Numbered from the stretch's first letter, positions 44,051 through 57,950 are shown. The stretch is 64,000 nt of DNA from Camelus dromedarius (GCF_036321535.1 NC_087437.1:44704001-44768000), one strand, 5' to 3'. Made by a program: numbers and translations. The notes: a model not told the origin generated them from the sequence alone.

Positions 44051-44909
44051 CCATATATTTCAACATAAAATGAATGCTCCACGTTTTAAAATAGCAGTAA
44101 CCGGAAATACATTATCTTCTATGATTTCTGGTCAGATCCCCTTATTTTTTTTCAACTGGAGATATGAAAGAGCTATTGAGGGACAAAATTTTCTGGCTTC
44201 ACATTTTCCTTGAACACTTTGTAGTCTTTAGATCTTGCCTCATACAATTAAATTAAAGGTCTCATTGAAATTGGGAAGTGTCATCGCTCTTAAAGTGTGA
44301 ATTATTCTCTGATGTACCACTTCATATATAACAAAATCTGTACAGGAAGGAATTCTTTCTCTAGGTATCCTCTAGTAATTTTGTTCTGTGGAAAATGTGG
44401 AATTTTTATGGCTGTACATCAGTATGCCTATAGCTTACATTGTATCATTTTTTAGCTTAAAACTGTGTGTCTATATGAACTGTAATTTTTTAATATGTAA
44501 AATATATAACTTACTTATATACTATATATATATTAGGAATAATAACTGCTTATAACCAAACTTTTTGTAGGTGTAACACAAAAGCAGGCATCAGAATGAT
44601 TGTTAAGAAAGTGTTTGTTAGGTAGAAATATGAAGTCCATTGGAAATGCAATGGAGTAAAGTGTTGTTATTCCTTTATTTGAAGTTTCTAGAAGAACAAT
44701 ATGCTCACTAATGTATGATTTCTTCACATTTGCTCTTTTTCCTCTCTTCAATAAGGCCTCTAGTGAAAAGGAAAATAGAGTATTAAATTTTACATGCAAA
44801 TTTTCAGTAGTTTGCAAATGACTAGGGGCAAGTCTGCCTATTAAATTACTTTATTCCCACTACTGCTATTTTAAAATGTTGAACATTCATTTTATGTTGA
44901 AATATACAG
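44051..44909. repeat. 49-bp inverted repeat pair (44051-44099 and 44861-44909) enclosing about 760 bp; candidate TIR DNA transposon relic
   Basis: Left arm CCATATATTTCAACATAAAATGAATGCTCCACGTTTTAAAATAGCAGTA versus reverse complement of right arm CTGTATATTTCAACATAAAATGAATGTTCAACATTTTAAAATAGCAGTA: 44/49 identical, ungapped. Confidence 0.85.
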
Positions 44910-46331
44910 CTATACTTTCATATTACTGAGATTTACCATATTACGTGCTTGTCAAAATCTACATGTTTCTTTTTTATAAGTTGTTAAAGAAATGTTCTGT
45001 TAATGTGTTCTCTTGCCGCACAGTCTTAATAGTTCTATGTTAGCAGCTAAATATTTAATAAAAGTATAACAAGATGTGAAGCATGCATTACACAATAATA
45101 TTAAAATTTCCTCTTTGCTTATGTCTCGTTTTTATTCCACTTTATTGACTTACAAGCATATGCTGATGAACATAATGCATTGTATCATCTCTCACAGGTG
45201 AGGATTCAAGCATATACCGATGATATGTTAGAAATTCCTGGAATTAATTGCTTAATTCAGTGGGGAATAAAGTTCAATATAATCTTATTTAATTTTAAGT
45301 AGGTGCACTTTAAAAGTTACTGCTGGTGACAAATTGGTTTTATTTATTACATATTATATCATTTTAAAAAATTTTATGATCTGAATCAAATGGCACCAAA
45401 TTAAATCTGCTCTTAAAGATTCAGGCTTTCCTTTTACTTGCCTTTCAAAACACTCAATGTATGGAAAGAAGTTTTGGCAGCTTGTGAAATATCCATGTTT
45501 ATATCTGAATAATTATCTTTCATTTATGGTGATAGCTCAGTTTGTATTTGCTAAACATATCAAGGCCCCAGAAAATAAATAGAAATATTGAAATCATTTT
45601 TTTATTTAATGTAGCAGATGCTGAATAAGGATACTTAAAACCCCAAAAGAATCTATATAAATTCTAGCTATCTTCTGACCAATTACATACCAGTTGGAGC
45701 TATTCAAATATCTAAAATGAATAAATCCTGAGAATCTGAAGACTAAGATTTTTGTTGTCCTATACTACTTGGCTCTAAGCCAAATGATTGAAATTAGGAT
45801 AATCTTGGGTTAGAATGTTCTAGAAGTCAGAAAGGGTGAAAATATTTTAAAGTTCCTTGAAAAAAAAAAATTCACCTAAATGTTTCTGGGATCCTTTTTA
45901 TTTTCCCTGAGTCCAAATCCTTCTGTCTGTCCTTGAATTAAGTTGTATCCTCTCCATGAAATCTTCCCAAACAGCTGAACCCCACACGAATCTTTTCTTT
46001 CTCTATATAGCTGTTGTACTTACGCAGTGAACTAAACAGTTTCTTCCATAATTATATATTGCTTTGGGTTTTTGTAAATGTTTGACATTGTGAAATTTTG
46101 TTTGTTTCCAACAGCACAACTCTAAACATGATTTATATCCTTGGGACCCTTTTATATTTTAACGACAGAAGCTGTTCCCAGGTGTTAACGGTAGCTGGCA
46201 TTACAGCCTTAAAATTAGGCCCACGATTTGATCATTTAAACATTTCCACATAGTCCTCTTTAAATATATCTAATTTTTCTTTTAAAGGATGTCTCCATTT
46301 AAAAAAAATTACGAGTATTGATTGATTCATT

Positions 46332-46851
46332 TGTAGGGTGTTGAGAAAATAAGCTTTTCTTCCACTTCTGTGTTCTCTGACTGGGGCCCTGCAAATTAGG
46401 TTGAACAAAAGACAGGTTAAAAGGAGAAAAACAAACAAAATTTATCAATGTGTGCATTGCACATACACACGAGAGAACTCAGTGATGAGTAACTCAAAAG
46501 GGTGGTTAGAACTTGGGCTTAGCATCTTTACAAAGAATTATGGATTTGTAGAGAAATGACAAGAGAAAGGAAAGGGGTTTTAGGCTTTTAGGGGCGGCAA
46601 ACTTGAAAGGTAAATATATGGGGAAAAATAATGGAAGCGTCACTTTATTAAGATTTATGATATAGATTCCTTTAATTACATCTGTCTCTGGGCTGAAAAG
46701 AGTCTAAAGTTGTCTCTGGTGGTGAAGAATCATCTTGCCCTTCCTAGTAGAGAGAAGGAAGGCAGAGAATTTTTCTTATGTCTTCAGCTCAACATAATCT
46801 TTACGTCAAAGTAGCATATTTTGGAGTGGATACTCTGCCCCATCCCTTACA
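46332..46851 (-). mobile_element. MER34-like ERV1 solo LTR inserted in an L2 tail
   Basis: Minus strand reads ...ccaaaatatgctactttgacgtaaagattatgttgagctgaag (MER34-type 5' end). TG...CA ends, flanked by TTCATT on both sides (ambiguous within a TTCA-rich tract). Confidence 0.8.
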
Positions 46852-47360
46852 TTCATTCAAAAAATATTTACCAAGCATCTTCTGTGTACCAGCCAATTTA
46901 TACAACATCAGGGCTCTTGTCAATATGCATTCTAGCGGGAGGAGCCTGATGATATACAAATGTATATAGAAGTGAACAGGAAATTATCAGACGGTAAGAG
47001 TACTATGTAGAAAATTAAAACAATGGGACATGACAGAGAGTGACTTGTTGACTGCTTCATATTGGGAACTCAGGGAAGTCTTCTGGGAGGAGATAACATT
47101 TAAATCATTACCTGAAGGAGTTGGCCAAGCAAAGAGCAGGGGGCAAGTATTCCAAGTGGTGGAATCATTAGTCCTTAGTGTGGGATGTTAGTAGGTGAGG
47201 GAGAGGGCATAGAAGAGTGAGGAAGTTCTCAGGAGTTAGATCAGGTTGGTTTTCTAAACCAGAGCCAGTCTTTGGCTTTTGAGTGCAATGGGAAGCCCTT
47301 GGAAAATTTAAATTAGGAAAGGAGATCATGGTGGTTTTACATTTTTAAAAATTAGTCTAG
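46852..47360 (-). mobile_element. L2 LINE 3' fragment
   Basis: ttcattcaaaaaatatttaccaagcatcttctgtgtaccag...gagtgcaatgggaagcccttgga. Confidence 0.7.
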
Positions 47361-49644
47361 CAATATTGGTTTTCAAAAGCATTTTTCATGCTACTAACCT
47401 TAGGATAATTATGTTTAATGGCGAGATGTAATTTAAGTATTTATGTTTTGGGGGTATTTAAGTTACTTTTAATAGTGATTTCCTACTTATAAAATATATT
47501 CAAAATGTAACATATTATAATATAAATAATGACGTGGTAAATATTTTTATGTAAATACTTTTCCTCTTCTGTTAGATTGGTTACATGTTATAGATTCTCA
47601 GAAATAATATAACTGGATCAGAGAATAAGAATATCTTTTTTTCAAGTACTTAATACACCCTGCTGAATGAATTTCTGAAAGGCTGGTACCCACTTGTTTT
47701 CATTGGTGATATAAGAACATACAATTTATTGTAGGCTTACTGACTTGAAATCATTTAAAAAATTTTGTTAATTAAGTAAGCAAAATCCCCAAATGATTAC
47801 ATATATTACATGTTTAGCATAGAAGAAGATACTAGTTAACGTAAAAAATTAAATAGTAAACAGCTCTATATAAACTATAGCTTATCTCAGCTTAAACTTA
47901 CTTATACAGTTTATCTACTATCAGTTGTTGTTTACCTTATGCTAAATCGGCTATCCTGATCTAATTAGATCACACCAGGTTGCTTTCAGACCTTGGAGAG
48001 CAGCCTGAATCTTAGTGATACACGTTTATGAAAGGCTTTTGCAGATTTTCCTCAGAACCTCAGGAGCAGCACAATTTGGGGTAAAGCTAGTTGCTTTAGG
48101 AATAGGAGCTTGATTCAAATACTTTCTAACTCTGACTTCTGTGAGCCAAGAGCCTATCTATTCATGAGTCCTAAAGAGTTTGTTGTTGTTGTTTTTTTAT
48201 TTTTATTTTTATTTAAGTTGCTTTTCCATGTCAAATGTCAGAAAAAGGAAATAATATGTTACTATTTAACTTGATGTATTTGAGACAGAAACCCAAACTT
48301 AATTGACAAAGTGATCATGTTAGTAGTTTGTCTGCCCACCACAATGTTCAGTTGTCAGAAAAGAATCTTCTGGCTAGCAGTGTCTATTGTTCAAAACTCC
48401 TACATCTCTTTCAGATAGTAGTAGAGGCATATTATTGCATTATTTTCTGATCTCTTTTTTCAGTTCTTTGTGATTACTTACTGCCATGCATCTTGTAGAC
48501 AACCCTGAGAAATGAAAACTAATCAATCTTAATGTTATTTGAAAGAGGAGCATCTCCCTACCAAATTATTAGTGTCATGCTTGGTTTATACTTTCTGATC
48601 TCCAAGGTGGTTAATGGAAAATTCTACCTTCTATTAAATGTTTGAGATCTAAACTGAATTGAATATCAAAAAAAAAAAAATCCCTCTTAATTCTCTTTTT
48701 AAATGTCTTTTAACTTCTGAGCAGTCATCATCAAGGAAAGTGGTGCTGATGAAACCAAGGTAGAGGGCAGGGAACTCCAGAAATCAGGGCACAGGCCCAG
48801 GTTAACAATCACCTTAGCATTTATTAGCATAATCAGCACAGAACAGCATAAGGGCAGGTATTGATAACAGCTTATCTTCTGTTTCCTCCTTGATGCACAT
48901 TCACCAAAAAAGTAAAACTTGACTAGTGGAAAAGTTTTTGAAGGAGCCAATAGGGGAAAAACAAAACAAAATACCCCCCCCCCAAAGAAAGAAAAAAACA
49001 GCAAAATAAATCTTTCAACAAGCCATGAAGGAGGGAAAAAATACCAAACAAACTTGGAGTAGCCATCAAATTCTACTGGCGTCTCTGTTACTTACTATTT
49101 ATATGATTGTTGGCAATCACTTACGTATTTGCACCTCAGTTTTCTCATCTGTCAGGTAGCTGTACTACCCTACTCATCTCAAAGTGCTATGAAAATATAG
49201 GAGGAGTATGTAGGTCAAAGTCCTAGATAAAGTATAAAGCACTTAAAGAATAACATAATATACTTTTAAAGCCTAGCTCTCAGAGACAATAGTTTTTAAA
49301 AAAGGAAAAGCTATACTTTTCATTTCAGATGATAGAAATTGTACTCCAAGTAGAATGCTATTATCAATTTCTTCATGAACTTATTTCATTCAGTTAGTCC
49401 ATTTAAAATTGTTATCATTTCACAGAATTCCAAACATATAACCAAAAAAGAAAAAAAAAATTGGGGTGGATATATTCTGGACTGTGAAAAATAAAATTAT
49501 TTTTGAACAATATCTTGTTTCTCTGAATTTTAAGACCTATCTTGTAAACTTTTTTGTATATTAAAAATTCTACTTTCATACCAGTAGTAACTTCTTTTAA
49601 TTTTCTAATCTTTTATCCCATACTGACTATCTATGCACTTGTGT

Positions 49645-49760
49645 CTTGAGCCCTACCTCAGACCTACTGAATCAGAAGTCTGGGAATGGGGCCCAGCAGC
49701 CTGTGTTGTAACAAGTCCTCCAACTGATCTCTTGCTTGCTGAAGTTTGGGAAACACTCAG
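49645..49760. mobile_element. MER5A fragment
   Basis: cctcagacctactgaatcagaagtctggg...ggggcccagcagcctgtgttgtaacaag...aagtttgggaaacact. Confidence 0.8.
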
Positions 49761-49899
49761 TTACATGTAATGGAAAAAGAAGCTAAATAGTACAGAGTGA
49801 TTATAAAAATTTAATGTGAGCAACTGGTGAATGTTGGGACCATTTTTGGAAATAAGGAAGACTGCTGATTTGAGAGGAGAAATCAAAATTTTTTCTTCG

Positions 49900-50577
49900 A
49901 TTTATTAAAAATTTAATTATAGTAAGATATACATAATATTTATCATCTTAATTATTTTTAGTGTATAGTTCAATGATCATAAGTACATTCACATTGTTGT
50001 GCAACCAGTCTCCAGGACTTTTCACTCTGCAAAACTGAAACTCTGTTTTGTACCCAGTAAAGAGCAACCCAGTTTCCGCCTCCGCCTAGTGCCTGGCAAC
50101 CCCTGTTCTGTTTTCTGTCCGTGAATTTGGCTACTCTAGATACTTCATTGTATTAACCTGGTTGGGCTGCTATAACAAAACGCCATAAACTAGGAGGTTT
50201 AAACAACAGACATTTACTTCTCACAATTCTGGACGCTGTGAAGTCCAAGGTCAAGGTGCTGGTTCCTGGTGAGAGCTCTCTTCCTATCTTGCAGTCCGTC
50301 ACCTTCTTGCTGTGTCCTCAGTATGACAGAGGAAGTTCTGGTGCCTCTTCCTCTTCTCTTAAGGTCACCAGTCCTATCGTATTAGGGCCCCAACCTTATG
50401 ACCCCATTTAACCTTTGTCACTTCCTTACAGGCCCTGTCTCCAAATACAGTCACATTTGGTATTGGGGCTTCAATGTATGAATTTGGGGGGGCACAGTCT
50501 AGTCCACAGCACTCATGTAACTGGACTCATACAGTCCTTGTCTTTTTGTGACTGGCTCATTTCATTTAGCACAATGT
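49900..50577 (-). mobile_element. L1MA/MB 3' end, interrupted by MLT1A LTR
   Basis: aagtacattcacattgttgtgcaacc...ctactctagatacttcat, then the LTR, then ctcatgtaactggactcatacagtccttgtctttttgtgactggc. Confidence 0.8.
50149..50511 (-). mobile_element. Full-length MaLR solo LTR (MLT1A-like), TSD TTCAT/CTCAT
   Basis: tgtatta...gggctgctataacaaaa...aagtccaaggtcaaggtg...gtctccaaatacagtcacatt...gtccacagca. 5-bp flanks at 50144-50148 and 50512-50516 with one mismatch. Confidence 0.9.
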
Positions 50578-53500
50578 AGAATGTACTCTTTGATGAGTTA
50601 AGTTTGAAGTAGCCGTTTCACGTACAAGTGTGAGATCAAGGTGGTGGATGGCAGAAGGGCATGCTAAGTGGTCATTTGTGCACTTTTCATGTCTATCTGC
50701 AAAATGTCAAGTTCAGTACAAAATTTCATATCAAAGTAGTCTCATTCCAAAGTGCTTTGAGTTCCAGATGTGGGGAAGAGGGGATTTCCAACGTAAATTT
50801 TGAAAGCTGACTTCTTTGGAATCTCAGCAGTGGGGTTAAAGAATTAAGAATTAAGTATTATATTTTTAAAGTATGTTTTTCTTGTGTTTTCCCATCACAG
50901 ATTTATCTTGATCCAATTTATATTTTAATTTAAAAAGTCATAAGCTTATATATATTATATCTAGAATAACAGTTTCTATGATTACATAGCATAGTGTTAA
51001 GGATTATTCTTTAAGAAAATAACAGTTTTGTTAAGGAAAAGTTTAAGAAAAATAAAAGAATGCTTAAAAATTACTTGATGCTGAATGAAAAAAATATGTA
51101 ATGATACCCTATTTCTCAGGTGTAGATAATCATTTTTTTATATAGCCTTATCCCAAGTAAAAAAGCCTTATATTGTATAAAATATCAAAAGGGGAATATA
51201 TTTTTACAGTATTTCATATTTGTATAACATTTAAAAAATTCTCTGTTAATGTGTTTAGCAGGAAAATTTTAAACAGTAAAAATACTATCCCATCACATGA
51301 ATTACCTCATAAAATCCAAAGAGATTAACTTGGGGGCAAATAGTATATAAAGAACCCTCTTTAAAACCAAAGTCCACCAAAGTTAATTAAGAAAAAGTGA
51401 GTTAGAAAATCTTGAACAGACTTAGCTTTCTAAATATGAGTATTCCACATCTTAGAAGGCAGGAGAAATTATAGTTTCAAGAGATTTGTTAGGAAGACAT
51501 TGCCAAAAATATAGGAGGTATGTGGGCTGTGTGGGTGTGCGAGATGTGTGGGTATACGTGTTGGTTGCATTAGTAGTGATTATAATTCATAATGCGGATA
51601 GTTATGCACTAAGTATTTATGATGGAGTAGATAGAATGTTTTAATTGACTCCTCTTAGCCGCCTTATATTGTATACAATTCTCTTTTTACATTTGAGAAA
51701 TTCAAGGCTTTAGGAAGTTAAGTAATTGCCCTAAGGTCATACTGCTAGAAAGAAACGTCAATGTTTTTTAAGGCAGAATGCAAAATTGTCTGTCTCATCT
51801 GTGGTTTATTTGTGAGTCTTGCTTTGATTGTTCTTTAACATTTATCTCAAGCACCTACTCAGCACAATGTGCTTGGTGGTATCCGTACACAGTTACTGAT
51901 TTCTACAAGTACCTAATGGGATACATAGTTTACTTGAAAGCCAGTTTTATCCCCTAAGGAATTAAGAAAGCAAATGCTTTCCAGTATAGTTGTGACTCAG
52001 AATTACCTGAAGTCAACCTCAAACTTCCTGCAGCATCTTTGGCATTCTGAGTGCAATCATTTTCAGGTCCAAACCTAGGCTAAGCCAGATGGTGTTTGTG
52101 TAGCTCCTTTCTTCTCTTCTCCTTACGAATCCCTCCCATTGGCAAAAGTTTATCTGATTGGATGGACTTCAGTTTTCCAAACTTTAATAGTACCCATTTT
52201 ATTGTGCTGATCAATACTACTGGGTCAGTAGAAAGATAGACAAAACTCTATCCTCAAAAATCATGTTGGAGAGGCAGAAAATATACAAAAGAGAATTAAG
52301 TTAAAACAGCTTATATAAATGCAAGACTTCCTGGTACATCCTGACCAAAATAATGGATCTAGGTTTGGTGCAAAGAAACTTAGCATGTGGGGATTGGCAT
52401 TGGGGCGAGAGTCATGGGGGGTGTCTGGGTATCCTATGCACAGTGCTTCGTAGGTACAGTGGTGGCTACAAAGCTCCGGTGAATTCATTCTAGCAAAACC
52501 ATCCCTAGTCCAGCAGTTGTGTAGGACCAGGGCTTGGAGGTTATGCCATGATGCTGTCATCTGTCAGGGTCAGACACATTACTGCTGCTGGTGTCATTTC
52601 CTCTGCCTGATTTCTCACGCTTGGCACCTAACTTGCTTGAAATGGTAATATGTGATGGTTTGCCACCCACGTCTTTTTGCCCTCTTGTGTGCCAAGTCTG
52701 CATTTTTCAGCTTTTTCTCCCTGTGTCTTCCTAAAATTAAATGAATTACTTCTAAAAAAACCCCTGAGAGCACCCTCCTGATTTACAACTGCCCAGTAAC
52801 CTTGGTCAGAGAGGACAACAGACTTTCTCTGGCTGTCTACTGAATGATGCTAAATATATGCAAAGTGACTCCAGTTGTTTCCTTGCTTTGGGGTTTAGTT
52901 TTTTTGAAATGCTTGATTTTTGTTTTGAAAGGGAAGTTACCAAACTGTTTCATCTACAGGAGATTTTGTTTAAATATTTCATTAAAAATATTTGGAGCCT
53001 CAGACAGTTAATGTTGAATTGAAAATCAGTTAGGTTTTTCAGTTAATTTTTTTTAACGCCTGGCAGCTGGAATATATCACTAAAATGCTGACACTGTATT
53101 ATTTAAAATAGCATTGCCCGTGAGGCTAAGAGAAGCTATTTAAGACAAACCTCAAGAAGGCTGGTGAAATAATAGCTGAAGTTACGTTATGTCAGCCAAT
53201 TCCTCAGCATGGAACAGCGATGTGAAGCAGAATTGTTATCCTTCACTGAGACGTAAAATCTATATCTTGATCCTTTCGGTCAATAAAGGTCCTATAGGAA
53301 TTGCGCCCACGGGGAGTGTGCTTTCATCCAGTGCTTTGGCCAAAGGTCATTTTGGATGGTTCTGCTTTACCTTTTCACTATGCTCACTGTTTCATTTAGG
53401 TATACTCAGAGTACAGCTTTGGAAGGGCTCTGGGGTTGTTATTCTGTACATAGTTTGCATTTTATGAAGAAATGGGTTTAGCTATTGGACTGACCAACAG

Positions 53501-54268
53501 GAAACCTGTTACAGAAATGGCCAAAGGATCTATGGAGTCTTTTTACCTGGTAAATTATTTTTAAGTCACTAGGTCTCTTAAACTGAAAGGTAATTTTAAT
53601 TTAGTTGATTCGTCAGCAGCCTACCAGCTCCTTATGTGCAAAGTGAACTCCTTCCTTATGCCCTTAGTGAAGCTGGAGAGAAAAATCACTGGACCAGGGG
53701 TGGAGATAGTTGGGGAGAGGGCAGGGAGGCAACAAGGTAACTGAGTTAGAAATCCCTGCCTGCCATTCCATTTGCTATCCTTACATCTCTAGAAGATAAC
53801 AAAGCTTTTAGTCTGTAAAAGAGAGTAATACTTGTTTCACCCACCTCATAGGGTTGTACTATGATCTAATATGATGTCTGCTTGTAAATGATGAAACCTT
53901 ATGTAACTGTATTCTTGTAGTAAGTGAGGTGGTCCATCCTTAGCATATTTTGATGATAATTTGATACTCGTCTAGAAAATATAAACACACACAAAGCATG
54001 TAAACAAGAATAGTGCCTAAGGAAATCACAATTATTAAATGAATGGAGTTTTGTTTTCAGTTTTCCTCACTGTCTTTTTGCTAGCTCTTTCTCTCCCTGT
54101 GTCCTCCTGGTTATTTGAGATGCCTACTTCAGTGACCTCTGTCTGAACAAGGGTCTCATACTGTTGTATCCATTCCCAAATCCTCTCTAAGAGAACCTGT
54201 TCTTCCCTCATAAATTAAGTGGCAGTTCCTTTCATGGGTCGCCTCCCCAATGCTTCTTCATACATTTC

Positions 54269-54420
54269 TTTTTTTTTAATTGAAGTACAGTCAGTTACAA
54301 TGTGTCAATTTCTGTTGTACAGCACAATGTCCCAGTCATGCATATACATACATATATTCATTTTCATTTTCTTTTTCATTAAAGGTATTACAAGATATTG
54401 AATACAGTTTCCTGGGCTAT
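54269..54420 (-). mobile_element. Short, 5'-truncated lineage-specific L1 3' end
   Basis: T9 tail then aattgaagtacagtcagttacaatgtgtcaatttctgttgtacagc...caagatattgaatacagtt. Candidate TSD ATACATTTCT (54260-54269) and ATATATTTCT (54419-54428). Confidence 0.85.
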
Positions 54421-54807
54421 ATATTTCTGATGATCCTAAATTGACCTTTTTCTAATAAATGGTTATCAGCAATACAACTCAAATACCTCGTCTTTCTACT
54501 TGTGGTCATTTTGTAAAATGTTAACATTTCTGAAGCTGGCAGATACCTGTTAGATTCTTTCTTTCCTACTATCCAACAAAAGCTGTTTTTGAATTGATAC
54601 TATTCCTTACAATCAAGGATACTTCAGAATTGGGAGCATAGAACTTACAGTTCAGAGGGGACTGAAATGTAATATTGGAGGTAGGGGGAATGGGACTCAA
54701 TCATAGATTGAAAATTCAAAAGTAATAAACAGACAATTAAAGTCTTTCTCCTAAGCTTGTTCCTCCCAGTAGTACCTCTTCTGGGAGACAAATGCCATTT
54801 GCATATA

Positions 54808-54915
54808 TAGTCCCTCAGTATCTTCAGGAATATGTTCCAGGACAACTCCCTCACCTCTGCCCCATACCAAAGACTGAGTGAGGATGCTCAAGTCCCTAAT
54901 ATAAAATAGCATAAT
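54808..54915. mobile_element. MER2/Tigger-like fragment
   Basis: agtccctcagtatc...gttccaggac...ggatgctcaagtccctaatataaaat. Confidence 0.65.
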
Positions 54916-56724
54916 GCATCCACAGATACACAGGAATAGCTATATTAGAGCATATGTGTATGCTTTTCTTATTTTACTTACTTTTTAACACAAATTACAA
55001 TATCTTAGAGAATCTTCCTGTAGATTTTTGATGTAAAAATGTATCTCAGAATTTGTTCTTCTCCAATTACATAAATACCTTCATTGTTCTTTTTAAAGAC
55101 TGCATTTTTTTAATACAGTAAAAAGGCATTTATAATTTTTTTCTGTGAAATGACAGGCTCATATTCATTGACTCCTTTTTATCAACGTGTCAGTCTTTGT
55201 CCATTATATTACACAGAAACTAACCATTTGTCTGTGGAATGAATTTAACTAATTTTCTCCTAGATTTTCATTTATTTTTCTTTATGTTAATTTTGTAATG
55301 AAGAAAAGTTATGATTTTATGTAGTTGGACTAATCAATCTTTTTTGTCTTCTGAGTTCGTTGTCACAGTCAAAAACGTCTTTCCCACTCTAAGATTATTA
55401 AAATTATCTTTCATTGTCTCCACTGTACTTTTACGATTTAGATTTTTACATTTAAAAGACAGCTTCATCTGGAATGAATTATGGTATAAGATACCATTGA
55501 GTAGATACTATTTTATTACATTAGTTGAGATTTTTATTTAAACCCAACAGAGTGGTTGAATTGTGAATATTTTTAAAGTTTTACAATAATCCACCTGTTT
55601 CTATTTTTACAAAAAACTTTAAGTGGAGAGAAATAAAAAAATAGGTCTTCTGCCGTCATGTACCTCTTGGTCAGGGATCTGAAGTTGGTCAGGGAAGTGG
55701 AAGGAGAAAAGTAGAGTTAGGGGTTAGGGAGGATGTAAGTTAGAAATTACAGTTAAAATAAGGGTAAATGTCTTTATTCTCCTCCATTTTCACCTTTGCA
55801 GAGTGACCCTTAGAGCAACCATTAGTACATAAATATATTTTAACTATAATTTGAAGTTTTTCAAATTTAAAGTTATATTTCTCCACAAAGAAAAACAAGA
55901 TTAAATTTTAAAAAATTAACAGAATGATGATAAGAATCAGAGTGTGGTTTTCAGTTTGGTAAAACTACTTGTATATACCAGAGGAATAGTCATTCTTCAC
56001 CATTTAAAGCTGAAAATACTTTAACACCCTATAAGTAGGTCATTATACCTTTGGAGAAACCTGGAGATACTGGAGATTTTGAAAGTTCCGTTTTATGGGT
56101 TGAAATAAAATAAAGTAAGATAAAAGCTGTATTTCCCTCCCTACTCAATTTAATCTTTTAAAAAGGCGTTGCAAGATTTTATTGATTTTTTTAAAATGTT
56201 TACCATTTTGAAAGTATATTTTATGTGTAAGGAACTCAATATCAGGTGCTGATGTTGAGAATCACGTAAGTTTCTAGTTTAAAATATTACAGAAAGTCAG
56301 GAAACATAACTTCCTATTTCATCTCAAAGATTAAGAAGAGATCTACAATTCATTGTTGAGAATTAGGTATTCGATAGCAACTTGGCATATTTGGCATAAA
56401 AATACAAGCTAAATAAATGAAGAACATATGATACACACACAGTAACTAAGCATTGAAGAGGTGCCACAGATACAGTTTGTTACAACTATATCCAGTAATC
56501 TGACTTAAAACAACAACCAAAACCCAGAATCTCAGAAATAACAAGTTTAAAATTAGGATGTTCACTTGCATTAATGTAGTTTCTGTACTGGATATATAAG
56601 CATGGTGGAGAGGAAAAAACATTGCACTTAGAGTGGAAAGACCTGGAATCAAATCCTAGTTCTGTTGATTTGGGCCCTCCATTTTCCAGTTTGTAAAACA
56701 AAATTGTTTTGCTAGGAGAGATGC

Positions 56725-57180
56725 CCGCTGTGGACCACTTTGGCAGGCTGGTAAATCCTCTATAGACCCATTCTCAGAAGTAATGTTTTAAAATGCTTAA
56801 ATTAAAATACACAGGATTATAAAAGAAACCAATTACATCAAACTGCAGTTAACTAAATATTAAAACACACACATTTGCATATTAGTAATGTGTAAGCTTT
56901 TTAAAATTAAACACATTACATATTGAATTTCAGCAAAGTATCTCAAAACTTTCATCTTTTCAAATTGGTGTTGAATTTATCACAACTACTGAAATGTGTT
57001 AGGAAAATGCCTGATGTCATTTGGTCACAAAGCCACAGATACTGCTAATTCTATTGGGCTTATGACCTCTCCACATTTGAATAAATTGTTAAGTTTCAGT
57101 TAGAATTGAGTGAAAATAAAAATGCAAATTTTTGGGGGGTGGTCCACTAGGTTCATGGATCTCTTAAATTCTTTCAGTGA
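56725..57180. mobile_element. Charlie4a-like hAT element
   Basis: ctttggcaggctggtaaa...gacccattctcagaagtaatgttttaaaatgc...aaagaaaccaattac. Confidence 0.65.
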
Positions 57181-57456
57181 AGCTCAGCACAATTACCTTT
57201 GGACTTTAGAAGTTTTCGTTTCTTTCTGGTTTCAAAATGGAGTCATTTCTCTGTGATTCCTCACCTCTTTACATGTTGGCATTGCCTGGGATCAGGTTTA
57301 CAAATTTTGAAGTTAAAATGTAACAAAATTTTGTGAAACTATACCTCCAATTGATCAAACAGTGACACAGAAGCTCTTTGCACCACCATTCAAGTTTAAT
57401 TTTTACTATTTCTGATGAAAATTTCTTGTACAAAAAGGTGCTCTCTCATCTAAGAC

Positions 57457-57837
57457 TGTATTAGTCTAAATTCTCTACAGTCTCGACATCTGCAGCTGGC
57501 CAGAGGTGCTGGTGTAAATGCCAGTGCAAATGCCAGCAGGCTGGAGACCCAAGAACTGGTGTTTCAGCTGAGTACAAGGAAAGGAAAAGACCACACCCTA
57601 GCTCAAGACAGTTAGGGAGGAGGAGTTCTCCCTTACTGGTGGGAAGGTCTGCCTTTTGTTCTATTCAGATCTTAAATTTAGTCCCACCCATATTAGGGCA
57701 GGCAATCTGCTTTAATCAGTTTACCAATTCAAATGAAAATCTCATCCAAGAACACCCCCCCCAGACATACCCATAATAATGAAGTATCTGGGCACCTCAT
57801 GGCTTAGTCAAGATGACACATAACATTAGCCACCTCA
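57457..57837 (-). mobile_element. MLT2-like ERVL solo LTR
   Basis: tgtattagtc...ggcaatctgcttta...aatctcatccaagaacacc...gtcaagatgacacataacattagccacctca. Confidence 0.8.
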
Positions 57838-57859
57838 GTGCCCACAATGAAAAATCATT

Positions 57860-57950
57860 TTCTTGTTTGTTTGACTGAAGTGTAGTCAGTTACAGTGTAT
57901 CAATTTCTAGTGTACAGGATAATGTCTCAGTCATGCATATACATACATAT
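57860..57950 (-). mobile_element. Second short L1 3' end of the same family as 54269-54420
   Basis: actgaagtgtagtcagttacagtgtatcaatttctagtgtacag...cagtcatgcatatacatacatat is shared with the 54.3-kb copy. Confidence 0.8.
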
